Virus record (IMG/VR): IMGVR_UViG_3300047457_001149
Location: 1-64,000 of that record
Direction: 5' to 3' (one strand)
Length of the DNA: 64,000 bases
Source of the DNA: a virus
This document shows, in pieces, positions 35,033 through 45,696 of this stretch. Numbering within the stretch: the first letter of the stretch is position 1; every line of letters begins with the position of its first letter. A program made the position numbers and the translations under genes. Below the pieces are notes generated by a model that was not told where the DNA came from, ran no database searches, and saw only the letters and a program-made list of their open reading frames with translations.

Positions 35033-35588
35033 GAAGTTCCTCGGAGTCGATCAGTCGCTTCGCGAACCAGGGGCCGCCATCGTGGATGAGCGAGGACAGA
35101 TCCTCGCAGCTACGCACCTAAAGATAAGAGGGGAGGTGCGCGGCGGCCAGCGTTTGGCCGAGATTCTCGGCTTTATTCGAGAGGTCTGCGCCCCTCACGA
35201 CATCGTCGCAGCCGCGATGGAAGGCCCCAGCCTCAACAGCACGCACCGAGAGTTTGACCTCGGAGAGGTGAGCGGCTTGGTGCGCGCGGAGATCTACGCC
35301 GAGCACCGCGTCGAGCCCTGGGTGGTGGCGCCGACGCAGCTCAAGCTCTTTGCGACGGGGCGCGGCGCAGCGGACAAAGACGAAGTCATGAACGCCGTAA
35401 ACAAGCTCTGGGGCCTCGACGTCGGCAACGACAACGTCGCTGACGCAATCGTCCTCGCGCAGATCGCGAGGTACGCCTACACGCAGGCGCGCCCGATGAC
35501 GCGCGCGCAGGCGGACGTCATTGTCTCCTTGACCAAGCCAAAAGCGGCCAAGCGCCGCGCCCCGCGCAAGAAGGTTACGAACATCTGA
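35031..35588 (+). CDS. ruvC: RuvC-like Holliday junction resolvase
   Basis: MKFLGVDQS, AMEG, PTQLKLFATGRGAADK, DNVADA. Confidence 0.9.
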   Translation: MKFLGVDQSLREPGAAIVDERGQILAATHLKIRGEVRGGQRLAEILGFIREVCAPHDIVAAAMEGPSLNSTHREFDLGEVSGLVRAEIYAEHRVEPWVVAPTQLKLFATGRGAADKDEVMNAVNKLWGLDVGNDNVADAIVLAQIARYAYTQARPMTRAQADVIVSLTKPKAAKRRAPRKKVTNI

Positions 35589-35590
35589 TT

Positions 35591-36253
35591 ATGTCAAAGA
35601 CGTACGAACTCAAAGCGGATCTCAGCCAGCGAGAGAAGATTTTGATCGCGGCAGCGGAGCTTGGGGCAGACACCCCCGAGGAGCCCATAGCGGCACACGA
35701 CATCGTTCGGCGAGTGCACGCACGATTTCCAGAAGACTTCTCGCTCGGCGGGGAAGGTCCGCCGATGGCCGACAGCAACAAGGTGTTTGCTAAGCTGGCG
35801 GGCCCTGAGGGCCTGCGCGGAAAGGGGTACCTGGAGGCCGCGGGCACTCGACAATTTCGTTTGACCAAAAAGGGCTGGCGAGAGATCGCGCGGCTGACGG
35901 TGCCCGAACCGAAGCCTCTGAAAAAGAGGGTGCGAAAGCCAAAGCGCCTGGCCAACCTGAGCGCTGCCGACAAGCACTACGCCCGACACTACGCGAGCCT
36001 CCCGACGTTCCTGAAATCAACGCGGGGCGCGCCCCTCACCTACGCGGACGCGTGCAGCTTCTGGGGCGTCTCGCCTACTCGCCCGGACTTGACCAAGATT
36101 GAAGAGGCGGGAACTTTGTTCGAGCGGCTGGTGGCCGAACTCCGCGCGTACGACGTAAAGGATGCAAGCGTGCCCAGCTACGCGACGTGCGCTGGGCTAC
36201 TGAACTTGCACTTGATGATGCGGAGAAGGTTTGCCGGGCAGCTGGGCGGCTAG
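35591..36253 (+). CDS. Hypothetical protein, possible winged-helix N-terminal domain
   Basis: 220 aa; KGYLE...FRLTKKG wing-like motif. Confidence 0.6.
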   Translation: MSKTYELKADLSQREKILIAAAELGADTPEEPIAAHDIVRRVHARFPEDFSLGGEGPPMADSNKVFAKLAGPEGLRGKGYLEAAGTRQFRLTKKGWREIARLTVPEPKPLKKRVRKPKRLANLSAADKHYARHYASLPTFLKSTRGAPLTYADACSFWGVSPTRPDLTKIEEAGTLFERLVAELRAYDVKDASVPSYATCAGLLNLHLMMRRRFAGQLGG

Positions 36254-39200
36254 GTGCGGACGCAGAGCAGGGCGGCGGGACGGAAGACGACGCTGGTGAC
36301 AGCGAGATCGAAGACAGAAGGGGCGCCTGAAGCAAGTTGTACGTGCGCCTTCCCGTCGTTTCCAAGGAAAATTGGCGCGTGCGCAGCAAATCTTACGTCT
36401 TCGCTCTGCCCGCGACGCCGGACTTTGTACCCCGTCGCGCGCCAGATGCTTCGCGTGTTATTGACGTCGTAATTTGCGCCCGGGCTCGTTTGTAGAAGCA
36501 GATTCCATTCGGTCTCAAAGACGCCCAAACCCCCGGTCATGTTGGTCAAAATAAACCCAGCGTTAGTCACAGTTTCCGAACTGGTCGTGTTACCGACGGC
36601 GCCGGGGTATTCGTTTTGAAGGGCGATGACGTTACCCACTGGCGTTGCGGCTGTGATGTAAAGGGAATTTCCGACGCCGTTAATAGCGGTCTGACAGGCG
36701 ACAGCTACCTGAGCGTCAGTCCAGCCTAGCGTCAGATTTACTGCGACGGTGCCGGGGGGCGCCGCAGGAGACCCTGCAATTTGAAAGAAGAACGTTGTAG
36801 CGGGGTTTACTCCGTCGTTGATCGTGAACGTCTGCCCCGCGCCGATGCTTGCGGTGTCGACTGTCGTCAGAGACCCCGTCGCGGCAACGCCGCCGACGGC
36901 GTCCAGGGTGCCCGGGTAATTTGCCGCAAGGCGAAGCTGAACGCTCAGGTCGACCATATACCCGACCACTGTGTAGCCCGCGGGCAGGAATGGGGAAAGA
37001 GCTGTTTGGTTGACGAACGGCGCGATTGCGGCAGTGGTGTCTGATAGGGTCAAAAAGCTCGGGTTAATTGAGCTGCCGAGCACCAAGTCGTTAGCGCCCG
37101 AGGCCGGCAGCGGGATCGGTACGACGCGCGTATACATACTGCCGTGGTGGTGCGACAGCGACGCGTCCTTCGGCGTTCCGGATTCAATCCCGTTCAGCAG
37201 CCGGAAGTCGTCTAGGGCGAGAATGCGATTGGTGGTTCTGACGAGAGGGTAAAGCTCAGACCACGATACCGATTGGGTCCCCGTGACTGTGAGCGGGCTC
37301 AGAATGTAAACCGTCGTTGCGTTTATGACCGTAAGGATTTCCCATTTTCCGTTGTACACCGCCAGGGGTCCTGTGGTCGACAAGAGGAGCAGATGTCCTG
37401 CCGACCCAGCAGGGCCGCTGACCATGTTTGCCAGCCCAGAAATCTGGATGATGTTTGTAGAGGGGTTAGTGAAAGTGAGGGCCGCAGTGCCGGCGTTCCC
37501 TGTGCCTGCGGTATCTTGCTCGCTCCACGACGCTTCGAGCACCGTTTCAGAAAATTGTTGACCGAGGTTGTTGTGCCCGCGCCGGATCACGCCGTTGCCG
37601 TAGATCTGCTCGTCGGCGTAAACGCCGGGCACAGATGGAATGGTCTTTCGCCCCCGCACCCCGGTCTGGGAATTCCCTTCGATGTGCGCCTTGTAGAATG
37701 TAAGGGTTGCGCCCGAAAGAGGCGTGAGCGGCAGGCTTGACAGCCCGTCAAGTGAACAAAGAACGCAAGTAGGAACAGGGACAGTAAAGTTAATTGACTC
37801 AAGAAAGTAAAACCCGGCATTAAGCGGGTCGTTCTTGATTTCGACGACGACGTGTCGATGGTTAGGCGACGTGTACGGCGCTTGAATTACCAATTCTTGC
37901 GACAGAAAGGTCGCTGAAGCTTGTGACAACGTGCTGAAAGTGATCGTCCCGCCGAGCACTCCAGTAACGGGATTGTTGAGGGGAATGTCGACTGTGCTGC
38001 TGTTGTTATATGCGAACGGCAAAAGGGTAAGGTTCGCCAAGTCTTCTTTTTGGGAAGAAAGGGAGAAGAGGTTGCCTGGCGAATTTAGCGTGGACTGAAT
38101 AAACCGTCCGCCCCCGGTAGACGTCGCCAAATCTTCAAAACGCTTTTGAAGGGGCGCCAGACCAGTCATTCGGTGCCCAGTTTCTAGCACTCGACGATTG
38201 ATGCCGGCTGAGCTGTTGTTGAGGAGGTCCGCCAACGCCGCGCGGAGCGATCCTGAGATAGCGTTCAGCGCCGTGTTCCCTACGCTGGCGACCCCACTGA
38301 CACCTTCAAAGCCAACGCGACGGGCGCCGCTGGTGTTGGTAGAAAGGTCTCCCAGTTGCGCCACCACGGCGTCGAGCGCGTTTTCAACGGTTCCGGCGGG
38401 GAGAGCGGTGGGCGGCGTAGCTGCGTCTGCGTTCCAGTTCCCCGACCCGTCGTAGCCCACCAGGCTCGCCCCAGAGCTTCCCGGCGTAATCGCCGCCAGG
38501 AGCCGTCGAAGAGGGCCCGCTGCGCCGATCGGCGCAGGGGCGTCGCCGAGGCGGATGCGCGAGCCGTCAATGAAGACGAACTCAGTGATGCCGTCCTGTA
38601 CCAGCAGCTTCCCGATCGGAACCGAGCCCGGAATCTTCTCGGGCTCCCGCCCCGTGTTGAAGAGCGAGTAGCCCGTCGGCGGCGTCGTGTTGGTCGTTTT
38701 GAACCCTGCCCGGTCCGTCGGGAGGTCGAAGATCGCCTGCCGCCGCCCGCCGCGCGGGTAGCCCGGGCCGACATACTCTTGCACCGGACCCGGCGGAAAG
38801 GCGATGGCGAGGCCTTCTCCGTCGCGCAGGCGGTTGTGGTTTACGCCGCTCACAACGGCCGCGAAGAAGGCCGCGAGCTGCGCCTGAGTTACGAGGTGCG
38901 CTTCGGCGTCGTAAGCCCCTTGCACCGCGCCGTTGCCGATAGTGACGGCGACGCTGCCGGGAGTCACGGCGGTGGAGGCGACGCGAAGGAGGTTCGCGAC
39001 GCCAAAGGTGCCTTGCGACGTGACGTCAGCGTTGAACGCGGCGATGAACTGCGCGTGATTGGGCACGCCGGACTGCGTGCCGCACGTGACGAGGATCTGA
39101 GTTCGAGGCGTCCCGGTTACGGCGAAGGTGAATGTGCCGGTAGCTGCCGAGGCGTTGAACTGGATCTGAAGGGCGATCCGATTCGCGCCGGTCGTCAGCG

Positions 39201-39675
39201 CCGTCGGATCAGAAAGGCTGTCGCCGTCAAAGTACCCGCGCTGGCCGGTCGACGCCGATGACGCCGTAAACACCAGGGCGTCCACCGCGCTCGGGCCGAG
39301 GTAAGGGTTGTCGCCGAAGAACACGCGACCGCCCAAGTGGCGCCCGCCGCTGAACCGCCCCGGTGTGAGCGCGGGGTAGACGTAAAGGTCGGAGGTAGCG
39401 ACGAGCTCAAATTCGCCGCTCGCCGGCACGGGCTCGGTGACGGAGAAGAGGGCTTCGGAGCGGAGGAGGAGGCTTCGGTCGTAGTCTGCGTAGTAGAGGA
39501 GGTCTTGCACCGCGCGGCGCAGGACTTCTGTCCGAGAACGAAGGTTCTCGACCGGCCGGTTTGTCGTACCAGACCAGATCACCTCGGCGTCTGCGACCGG
39601 GACGATCGAAGCGGCGTCGGCGTCGTTGTTGTCCGACCCCTGCTTGAACGAAATGTTCTCGTCGTAGTTAGGCAT
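36250..39675 (-). CDS. Putative tail fibre / receptor-binding protein
   Basis: 1141 aa Gly/Thr/Ser/Ala-rich; NRPVENLRSRTEVL N-terminal anchor; GASLVG and VENAL fibre motifs; follows baseplate genes; lower-GC distal half. Confidence 0.65.
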   Translation of the reverse strand: MPNYDENISFKQGSDNNDADAASIVPVADAEVIWSGTTNRPVENLRSRTEVLRRAVQDLLYYADYDRSLLLRSEALFSVTEPVPASGEFELVATSDLYVYPALTPGRFSGGRHLGGRVFFGDNPYLGPSAVDALVFTASSASTGQRGYFDGDSLSDPTALTTGANRIALQIQFNASAATGTFTFAVTGTPRTQILVTCGTQSGVPNHAQFIAAFNADVTSQGTFGVANLLRVASTAVTPGSVAVTIGNGAVQGAYDAEAHLVTQAQLAAFFAAVVSGVNHNRLRDGEGLAIAFPPGPVQEYVGPGYPRGGRRQAIFDLPTDRAGFKTTNTTPPTGYSLFNTGREPEKIPGSVPIGKLLVQDGITEFVFIDGSRIRLGDAPAPIGAAGPLRRLLAAITPGSSGASLVGYDGSGNWNADAATPPTALPAGTVENALDAVVAQLGDLSTNTSGARRVGFEGVSGVASVGNTALNAISGSLRAALADLLNNSSAGINRRVLETGHRMTGLAPLQKRFEDLATSTGGGRFIQSTLNSPGNLFSLSSQKEDLANLTLLPFAYNNSSTVDIPLNNPVTGVLGGTITFSTLSQASATFLSQELVIQAPYTSPNHRHVVVEIKNDPLNAGFYFLESINFTVPVPTCVLCSLDGLSSLPLTPLSGATLTFYKAHIEGNSQTGVRGRKTIPSVPGVYADEQIYGNGVIRRGHNNLGQQFSETVLEASWSEQDTAGTGNAGTAALTFTNPSTNIIQISGLANMVSGPAGSAGHLLLLSTTGPLAVYNGKWEILTVINATTVYILSPLTVTGTQSVSWSELYPLVRTTNRILALDDFRLLNGIESGTPKDASLSHHHGSMYTRVVPIPLPASGANDLVLGSSINPSFLTLSDTTAAIAPFVNQTALSPFLPAGYTVVGYMVDLSVQLRLAANYPGTLDAVGGVAATGSLTTVDTASIGAGQTFTINDGVNPATTFFFQIAGSPAAPPGTVAVNLTLGWTDAQVAVACQTAINGVGNSLYITAATPVGNVIALQNEYPGAVGNTTSSETVTNAGFILTNMTGGLGVFETEWNLLLQTSPGANYDVNNTRSIWRATGYKVRRRGQSEDVRFAAHAPIFLGNDGKAHVQLASGAPSVFDLAVTSVVFRPAALLCVRT

Positions 39676-39681
39676 GACTCC

Positions 39682-40167
39682 TCAGGAAGTGACGGCGATG
39701 CGCCAGGTGTAGGTGACCGTGATCGCGCTGGTCTTGACGATGTCGGGGTGAACTTGGCGCGCGAACATCTGCCCGTTGCCCATGAAGAGCCCAACTTCGC
39801 GAAGGGTCTGCCCGACAGCTTGAGAGGTCGTAAGAGACCCGGTGACGATGAGCTCCCCCGTGGCGGGTAGAACCGTGCGCGACCCGGCGCTCAGCGTGAT
39901 CGCGTCGCCCGGGAGGCCGCCTCCGAGCGCGATGTCGCCAGTGGTCGGAGGCGTCCCTACGGTCCCGGGGACCAGTTGAACGAAACGCCAGTCAGTCGGC
40001 GAGCCGGTGTCCTGCGACCAGAGGTAGAGCGGCGAGTTCAGCCCAGCGAGCACGATCGTGTTACGGATCGCGTAACGCCGTAAAGGGCGGATTTCCCCCA
40101 GGTGGAAGATCTCTACCTGCAGGTCTCCCCGGAGGCGGACCGCTTCAAGTCTGGTATTGTCGCTCAC
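39682..40167 (-). CDS. Baseplate / tail-fibre attachment protein
   Basis: NTIV...LREVGLF...MFAR...KTS..TYTWRI pattern common in myovirus baseplate proteins. Confidence 0.7.
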   Translation of the reverse strand: MSDNTRLEAVRLRGDLQVEIFHLGEIRPLRRYAIRNTIVLAGLNSPLYLWSQDTGSPTDWRFVQLVPGTVGTPPTTGDIALGGGLPGDAITLSAGSRTVLPATGELIVTGSLTTSQAVGQTLREVGLFMGNGQMFARQVHPDIVKTSAITVTYTWRIAVTS

Positions 40168-43100
40168 GGCCCAAGGGTAATCTGAACCGCTCGATCCACC
40201 AAGCCCATCTGCTGCGGAGTTTGAGTGGGCGCGCGGACAACTCGCGGGTTGGTCGCGCCGTAGGCCAGGCGAGTCTCGCCAGGGTCGAGCGGGTCGCCAG
40301 AGGCGCGAATGCGCCGGATACAGTGTACGTACCGGACGAGGTTCGACAGCAAGTTGTCGAAGGACGCAGACGGCAGAATCGTCAACGTGCTCGTGGCGTA
40401 GTCCACGGTGTAGTCGACGCCCTCAGCAGGGCGCCGCGCGCCGCCGTTGACGGTCACCGCCGAGTCGAAGCGCACCTTCACGAGCGAGGTCTGCACGTCG
40501 CCGACAGGCAGCGGCGCGGTCGCGGGCAAGGGGTAGGTCCCGGCGGCGCCGGCGATCGTCGTCGAGTCGTCGCGGTAGCGGAACGCGTCTCCGTAGCGCA
40601 CGCCGTCGGTCGGTGCGTAGCGCAGCACGTTGTCGACGCTGAAGAGCGCCTCGGTGTAGAAAGGCCCGTAGCCGACGACGAAGTCTTCGAGCACGCGGAG
40701 ACGGTCACTGAAGTCCGTGAGCGCGTCCAGGTAGATGTACGTGTGCGAAGGCTTCGCCTCGCGAATCAGGCGCGTGATGTCTTCAACAAACTCCGCCGGC
40801 AGGACGACGTTGCGGTCGATGCGGATCGTGATCGCGTGGTACTTCAAGAAGCGGTCCATCATCACGAAGGCCACAGTGCGTCGGTAGAGGAGCGGCGGGA
40901 GCTCGACGTCCAGCTGCACGGGCGGGACGAAGGTCGAGGCGCTCGGCGGCGGGAAGCGGTCGAGGACGACCACTTGATGCTCGATGCTCGACGGCGAAAG
41001 CGGCGTCGCGATACTGCGGATCGGGTAGGAGCCCGCGAAGCCCGGCGTGCGAATCACCAGGGCTTGGCCTACGTCTCGCATTCTGGCCAGCGGAGTTCCA
41101 GGTGGGAATGCGAACTGGACGGAGTCTGCGCCGAACCAGAACGCCGTGCCTTGTCGCCGCTGCCCCGGCATCGCCTCGTCGTTGACGCCGTAAGCCACGC
41201 CAAAGTCGCCGAAGTTCGCTCGGTCGAGAGGGTTGTAGACGTGCTCGATGTACTCGGGCGACACGCGCCGCCGCTCCGGCGTATCGACGTCCAGCTGCAG
41301 CACCTGATCGGGGATGACGACGTGATGCCACCACGTCGGATCGCGGACGTAGTCGATGACCTGGAACGCGGTAGTCAGCGCCTCGAACGCGCGGAGGGTC
41401 AGGTAGCCCGCGTTGGCGGGGTCGGCGATGTCGCTGCGGACGGGGGTGGTGAGCGGCAGCGCGTAGGTGCTCTGCGAGGTCACCACAGTCTGCTGGTTAA
41501 CTCGGGAGATGAACCAGCTGAGCGCCGTGGCGTCGTCGAGTCCGTAAGGTGCCTCAAGCACAACGGTGGAGGCGTCGTCGACCGCGAGGATCTTAAACGT
41601 GCCGTTGTTCCTTGACGCGTTGGCGTTTCGAATCGTGATCGTCCCGTTGACGTCTTCTTGCGCGAACGCGAAGCTGCCCGCGCGGAATCGCGTAGTCAGT
41701 TGCGCGTGCTGAAACTCCCAGTAGTCGACCGTCTGATTCGGAGGAGGCGGCGCCACTTGAACTACGGTCGAGCTGATTACCGCTGTGACGACGTACTCCT
41801 CCTGCACGTCGACCGTTCGCACCAAGAGGCGCGCGCCGATGTCGGTCGAGAAGAAGGCGGCCGACGGCACTGTCAAGCTGCTGTTCGCGGCCGAGAAGAC
41901 GCCGTTCCTGCCGCTGGCGTAGTCGATCGTCTGCCCGTCGGTGCCGGTGAAGATGACGCCGCTGTCGTACGAGAGGAGTAGCTCGTTGTCGTCGTTGATG
42001 ACCGGCAGCTCCGCCATGACGTTCAGGGCGCTCTCAAAGCGTTCGAGCGTCGGTCCGAGGAGAAAGAGCTGCGCGACGCCGCGAAGGAATGTTCGGTACT
42101 GCTCGCTCGTCGGGCGGCGGTAATCGAGCATGTACCCAAAGTTGTTGTAGAGTGCGTTCTCGTCAATCTCGACGTCCGTGCCCCAAAGGGCGAGCGTGCG
42201 GACAGTCCGACTCTTGGCGAACGCGAAGGGCGTCGGAGTCGGGTTGACGTGGGTGTACGTCACGACCTCCCGCCGCCACGTGTAGTTGACGCGCGGTGCG
42301 GCGATCGGACTCCACGGCGTCAGGATGACCAGCTGCCCCGCGTCGTAGTTTACGACGTAGTCGAGGCCTTCTTGTACCGCCTCGCCCGCGCGCAAGAGGC
42401 GGAAGGTGCCGTCGGGGGCCATGGCGCGGACAGTAAAGGCGCGGGTGCCGGCGACGGAGAAGGTGCCGGGCACGAGATAGGTCTGTGGCAGCGTGATGAC
42501 CGGGCGCGGGCCTGCTGTGTAGGTTCCTGACATCCCGACGATCACGAGGTCGACCCGGTTTGACAGCGTCGCTTCGAAGTTGATCGAGCGGTCGAGCGTC
42601 AGCACTCCGCCAAGGGAGGAGGCGCACCGCGCCAGCCCGCAATTGAGCGGGCTCTCCCCGGAGGACACGTACACATAAGCGCCAGTGAGCGGCAGCCAAC
42701 GAGCAGGGTCGAACGCCGCGCCGGAGATGTGCGCGGACCGGGCCCATTGTGCGACGCCAAGGTACTCCACGACGTCGCCCGCCGCGTAGCTAGTGAGCGG
42801 CGCCCACGTACCTTGGTAGAAGGGCTCTCCAGCGACGGTGACGGTCTTTGTTCCTGGCACCGAGGCTCCGTCCGTCGTCGTCGGCGCGAAGCGAAGAGCG
42901 ATGCTCGGGCGCGCGGGCGGCAGCACTCCAACACGTACAGCGTCGAAGGGCGTTCGGACGACGCTGACTGCGATGGTCTTCGACGAGAAGTCTTGGACGT
43001 AGTCGGGCTGCTTCACGGCCAAGTAGAGGACGTTGCCGTCAATCCCTGTGATGCGGGTGTACGTCGGGTCTCCGCCGCCGAGGATCTTCAAGCGAAAGAA

Positions 43101-43634
43101 ATCACCAACGCGAGCGCCTGCAGCGGCCCAGTTGTTTCCCGAAGGGTCTGTGAACATCGCGGGCGCGACCTCCTCGACGTATCTCACGGGGAACAGCGGC
43201 AGGCTCGCGCCTGCGCCGTCTACGTCGAAGAGGTTTGACTTGAAGCTGACGCCGCCGGCCTCGACGAGATAATCTCTAAGCGCCAGGAGAGTCGCGGTGG
43301 GCGCCAGCACCTTGTTTGTGAAAGTGCGTGCGCCAGCGATCGTCAGCCCCTCTTGCGTGTACGCGTAAGTGTCGTCCGCGGGAGAGTGGCCTTCTTGATA
43401 GAAGAGCTGGCTTTCCCGAATCTCCAAGTACTTGTAGTAGTGCTTACTGAAGAGGGGGACGTGCCTGAGACTCGTGCCGAGAACAGTCTGCAAGAGCTCC
43501 AGGTAAAGCTGTCCGAGGTTGATCTGCGCGCCGTCAAAGTACGCGCGAAGGTCCCTGGCGTCCGTAAAGAAGGCGTTCCAAAAGGCTGACAGCGCGTTGA
43601 TGAAGTTCTTCGACGGATCGTTGAGAAGCGGCAT
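40164..43634 (-). CDS. Large baseplate wedge protein
   Basis: LYNNFGY...YRTFLRG...GPT and EAKPSHT motifs; start MPLLND after GAGGAG. Confidence 0.7.
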   Translation of the reverse strand: MPLLNDPSKNFINALSAFWNAFFTDARDLRAYFDGAQINLGQLYLELLQTVLGTSLRHVPLFSKHYYKYLEIRESQLFYQEGHSPADDTYAYTQEGLTIAGARTFTNKVLAPTATLLALRDYLVEAGGVSFKSNLFDVDGAGASLPLFPVRYVEEVAPAMFTDPSGNNWAAAGARVGDFFRLKILGGGDPTYTRITGIDGNVLYLAVKQPDYVQDFSSKTIAVSVVRTPFDAVRVGVLPPARPSIALRFAPTTTDGASVPGTKTVTVAGEPFYQGTWAPLTSYAAGDVVEYLGVAQWARSAHISGAAFDPARWLPLTGAYVYVSSGESPLNCGLARCASSLGGVLTLDRSINFEATLSNRVDLVIVGMSGTYTAGPRPVITLPQTYLVPGTFSVAGTRAFTVRAMAPDGTFRLLRAGEAVQEGLDYVVNYDAGQLVILTPWSPIAAPRVNYTWRREVVTYTHVNPTPTPFAFAKSRTVRTLALWGTDVEIDENALYNNFGYMLDYRRPTSEQYRTFLRGVAQLFLLGPTLERFESALNVMAELPVINDDNELLLSYDSGVIFTGTDGQTIDYASGRNGVFSAANSSLTVPSAAFFSTDIGARLLVRTVDVQEEYVVTAVISSTVVQVAPPPPNQTVDYWEFQHAQLTTRFRAGSFAFAQEDVNGTITIRNANASRNNGTFKILAVDDASTVVLEAPYGLDDATALSWFISRVNQQTVVTSQSTYALPLTTPVRSDIADPANAGYLTLRAFEALTTAFQVIDYVRDPTWWHHVVIPDQVLQLDVDTPERRRVSPEYIEHVYNPLDRANFGDFGVAYGVNDEAMPGQRRQGTAFWFGADSVQFAFPPGTPLARMRDVGQALVIRTPGFAGSYPIRSIATPLSPSSIEHQVVVLDRFPPPSASTFVPPVQLDVELPPLLYRRTVAFVMMDRFLKYHAITIRIDRNVVLPAEFVEDITRLIREAKPSHTYIYLDALTDFSDRLRVLEDFVVGYGPFYTEALFSVDNVLRYAPTDGVRYGDAFRYRDDSTTIAGAAGTYPLPATAPLPVGDVQTSLVKVRFDSAVTVNGGARRPAEGVDYTVDYATSTLTILPSASFDNLLSNLVRYVHCIRRIRASGDPLDPGETRLAYGATNPRVVRAPTQTPQQMGLVDRAVQITLGP

Positions 43635-43635
43635 T

Positions 43636-45693
43636 TCAGACTCCTCGCTGCTGAAGTGCCAGCTCGTCTGCGTCCGCAAGATACCGCACGGTGCGGTCGC
43701 TCACCCCGAGGTTCAGGAGCTGCCGACGCAGTTGCGCCTCGTATCCTGCCGCAGGCAGGCCGAAGTCGAGGGGGTTGGTCAGCCGCGCCGAGCTTGTCAC
43801 GCCGTTGTCCGGAAACAGTGTGACGATGTCCTCCGTCTCGTAGCGGTACACCTTGCCGTCGGGCGACAGGAGCTCGTAGCTGATCGTGAACGGGTACGTC
43901 GCGGCGATGTTGACGTCAGCCTCCTTCGCGACAAGAGACAGCGCGCCAGTGTCTGGGCGAGTTCCGAACGGGGTTGCGCCGATGAAGGTCACGAGCGCCG
44001 ACACGACGGTCTCCTCGCTCACCGGGAATGACGCAACAGGGTTGAACACGTCGAGCGTGTTGCGCGGGAGGATTCGCGGACGATACGGGATCGAGAAGGA
44101 GAGGTAAACGGGATGGTGGGACCGGACAAGCGGGTTGGCGCCGACCGGACGATTGAAGTCGTCGGTCACGTACGCGGAGATGGCGTCGAAGTTAACCACA
44201 GACGTGTAGGTGACTTCGAGGATCAGTCCCGTGAGGTCCGCCGCCGGCCAGCCCACTTCGACCATGGTCACCGCTTTGGTCGATTGCGCCTCCTGAGGGT
44301 TCTTGCACGTGACGTAGTAACCGAGCTCCGTGCCGGGCGCGGGAGTCGTGGCCACGGGGCTGTTTCGCCGGTCAGTGAAGCGGACGGTGCCGGTGACGAG
44401 GTCGCGGTAGGGGTCGTACTGCGCGGGGGCGCTCAGGAGCACCGCTTGCTTTACGCGGTACACCGGACGCCCGGAGAGCATGACGCGGTTGTATTCGCGG
44501 AAGCTCCGAGACGTCGTCGCGGAGGTCGTCGGGCCCCGCGTCAGCTTGTTGTTGAAGAGCGGATAGTTGTTGCCGACGCGGTAAGCGAGGGCGGGAATGG
44601 GGCTCTCTTCGTCTGTCGCGATATCAAACGGGACGCGGGCCGACACTTCAATCTCGTCTGGTCGCACCGCTGTGATGACGTATTGGAACGGAGAGTTAGG
44701 TGTACCGCTCTCGATCACCAGAGTGTCACCGACCACGACTCCGTACGCCGAGAAGGTGCCAAGCGGCAGGGCTCCGTCTCGCAGGACCGTGATCAGATTG
44801 TCCGGGCGTGGCGCGAGCGCGTTGATCTCGATGCGCTCAACAATCTCCTGCGGCTCCAGCTTGGCGTAGAGATCGACGTGCCCGCCGACGTGCAGGCGGT
44901 ACCCCGACGCGGGGTCGGAGGCGATGTCGCGCTGCATCTCGGGGTCGCCGTAGCCCACGGTGAGCAGCTGCTGGATCTCGGGGAATTGCTCGCCCCGAAG
45001 AATCGCGTCGTTGGATCGTGCGTTGATGAGCGCGCGAAGCGAGAAGGCGTTTGACGACGTCGAGATGAACTCTGACGTCGACTGCATGTCGTCGCCGAAA
45101 GCGAAAGCCTGGGTGTTTTCGGCGTAAGAAAGGAACGGAGAGAAAGGGTCGACTCCTACAAAGCGGCCGGCCGGCTGGTTATAGACCGCGCCTACTCGGG
45201 CTGCCGTGAGGTTGACCTGAACGACGTAATCAATCACTCGCCCCGAAGAGTCGAGATTTGGGCGAAGCTCGCTAGAGCTGATGAAAAGGTCCGTCGTCCC
45301 GGAGATGTAGAACACCAGCTGCGGCGTCTTGAAGAACCGCGTCCGGCGCGGGATCAGTAGATCCACCTTCTGCGTAAAATGCAGCGTCACTTGGCCTTTG
45401 GCGAAGCGACCTTGATCCCGCGTCAGGTAGAAGTTGGCGAGAATCGCGTCCGCCGCGTCGCGCACGCTCTCGGCGTCACCGAGCTGCGAGATGTCACGCA
45501 GCGACAGGCGGTTCCTGAGCTCAATGAGCTGCTGACGGAGGAGCGCGTAGACCGTAGCGTGCCCGTCGACGATCGTGTTGCCGAGGACTGACCCTTGGCT
45601 GTAGTCGTGATCCGGGTTTCGTGACGTCAGGACGTCGCGTAGGAGCTGGGCGGCTTCTTCGACGTCTTCTTGGTTGATGTCGTACTCTGCCAT
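43636..45693 (-). CDS. Baseplate J-like wedge protein
   Basis: RDQGRFAKGQVTLHF, GAVYN, VGYGDPEMQRD, GGHVDLY; adjacent to the gp25-like gene. Confidence 0.78.
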   Translation of the reverse strand: MAEYDINQEDVEEAAQLLRDVLTSRNPDHDYSQGSVLGNTIVDGHATVYALLRQQLIELRNRLSLRDISQLGDAESVRDAADAILANFYLTRDQGRFAKGQVTLHFTQKVDLLIPRRTRFFKTPQLVFYISGTTDLFISSSELRPNLDSSGRVIDYVVQVNLTAARVGAVYNQPAGRFVGVDPFSPFLSYAENTQAFAFGDDMQSTSEFISTSSNAFSLRALINARSNDAILRGEQFPEIQQLLTVGYGDPEMQRDIASDPASGYRLHVGGHVDLYAKLEPQEIVERIEINALAPRPDNLITVLRDGALPLGTFSAYGVVVGDTLVIESGTPNSPFQYVITAVRPDEIEVSARVPFDIATDEESPIPALAYRVGNNYPLFNNKLTRGPTTSATTSRSFREYNRVMLSGRPVYRVKQAVLLSAPAQYDPYRDLVTGTVRFTDRRNSPVATTPAPGTELGYYVTCKNPQEAQSTKAVTMVEVGWPAADLTGLILEVTYTSVVNFDAISAYVTDDFNRPVGANPLVRSHHPVYLSFSIPYRPRILPRNTLDVFNPVASFPVSEETVVSALVTFIGATPFGTRPDTGALSLVAKEADVNIAATYPFTISYELLSPDGKVYRYETEDIVTLFPDNGVTSSARLTNPLDFGLPAAGYEAQLRRQLLNLGVSDRTVRYLADADELALQQRGV

Positions 45694-45696
45694 GGC

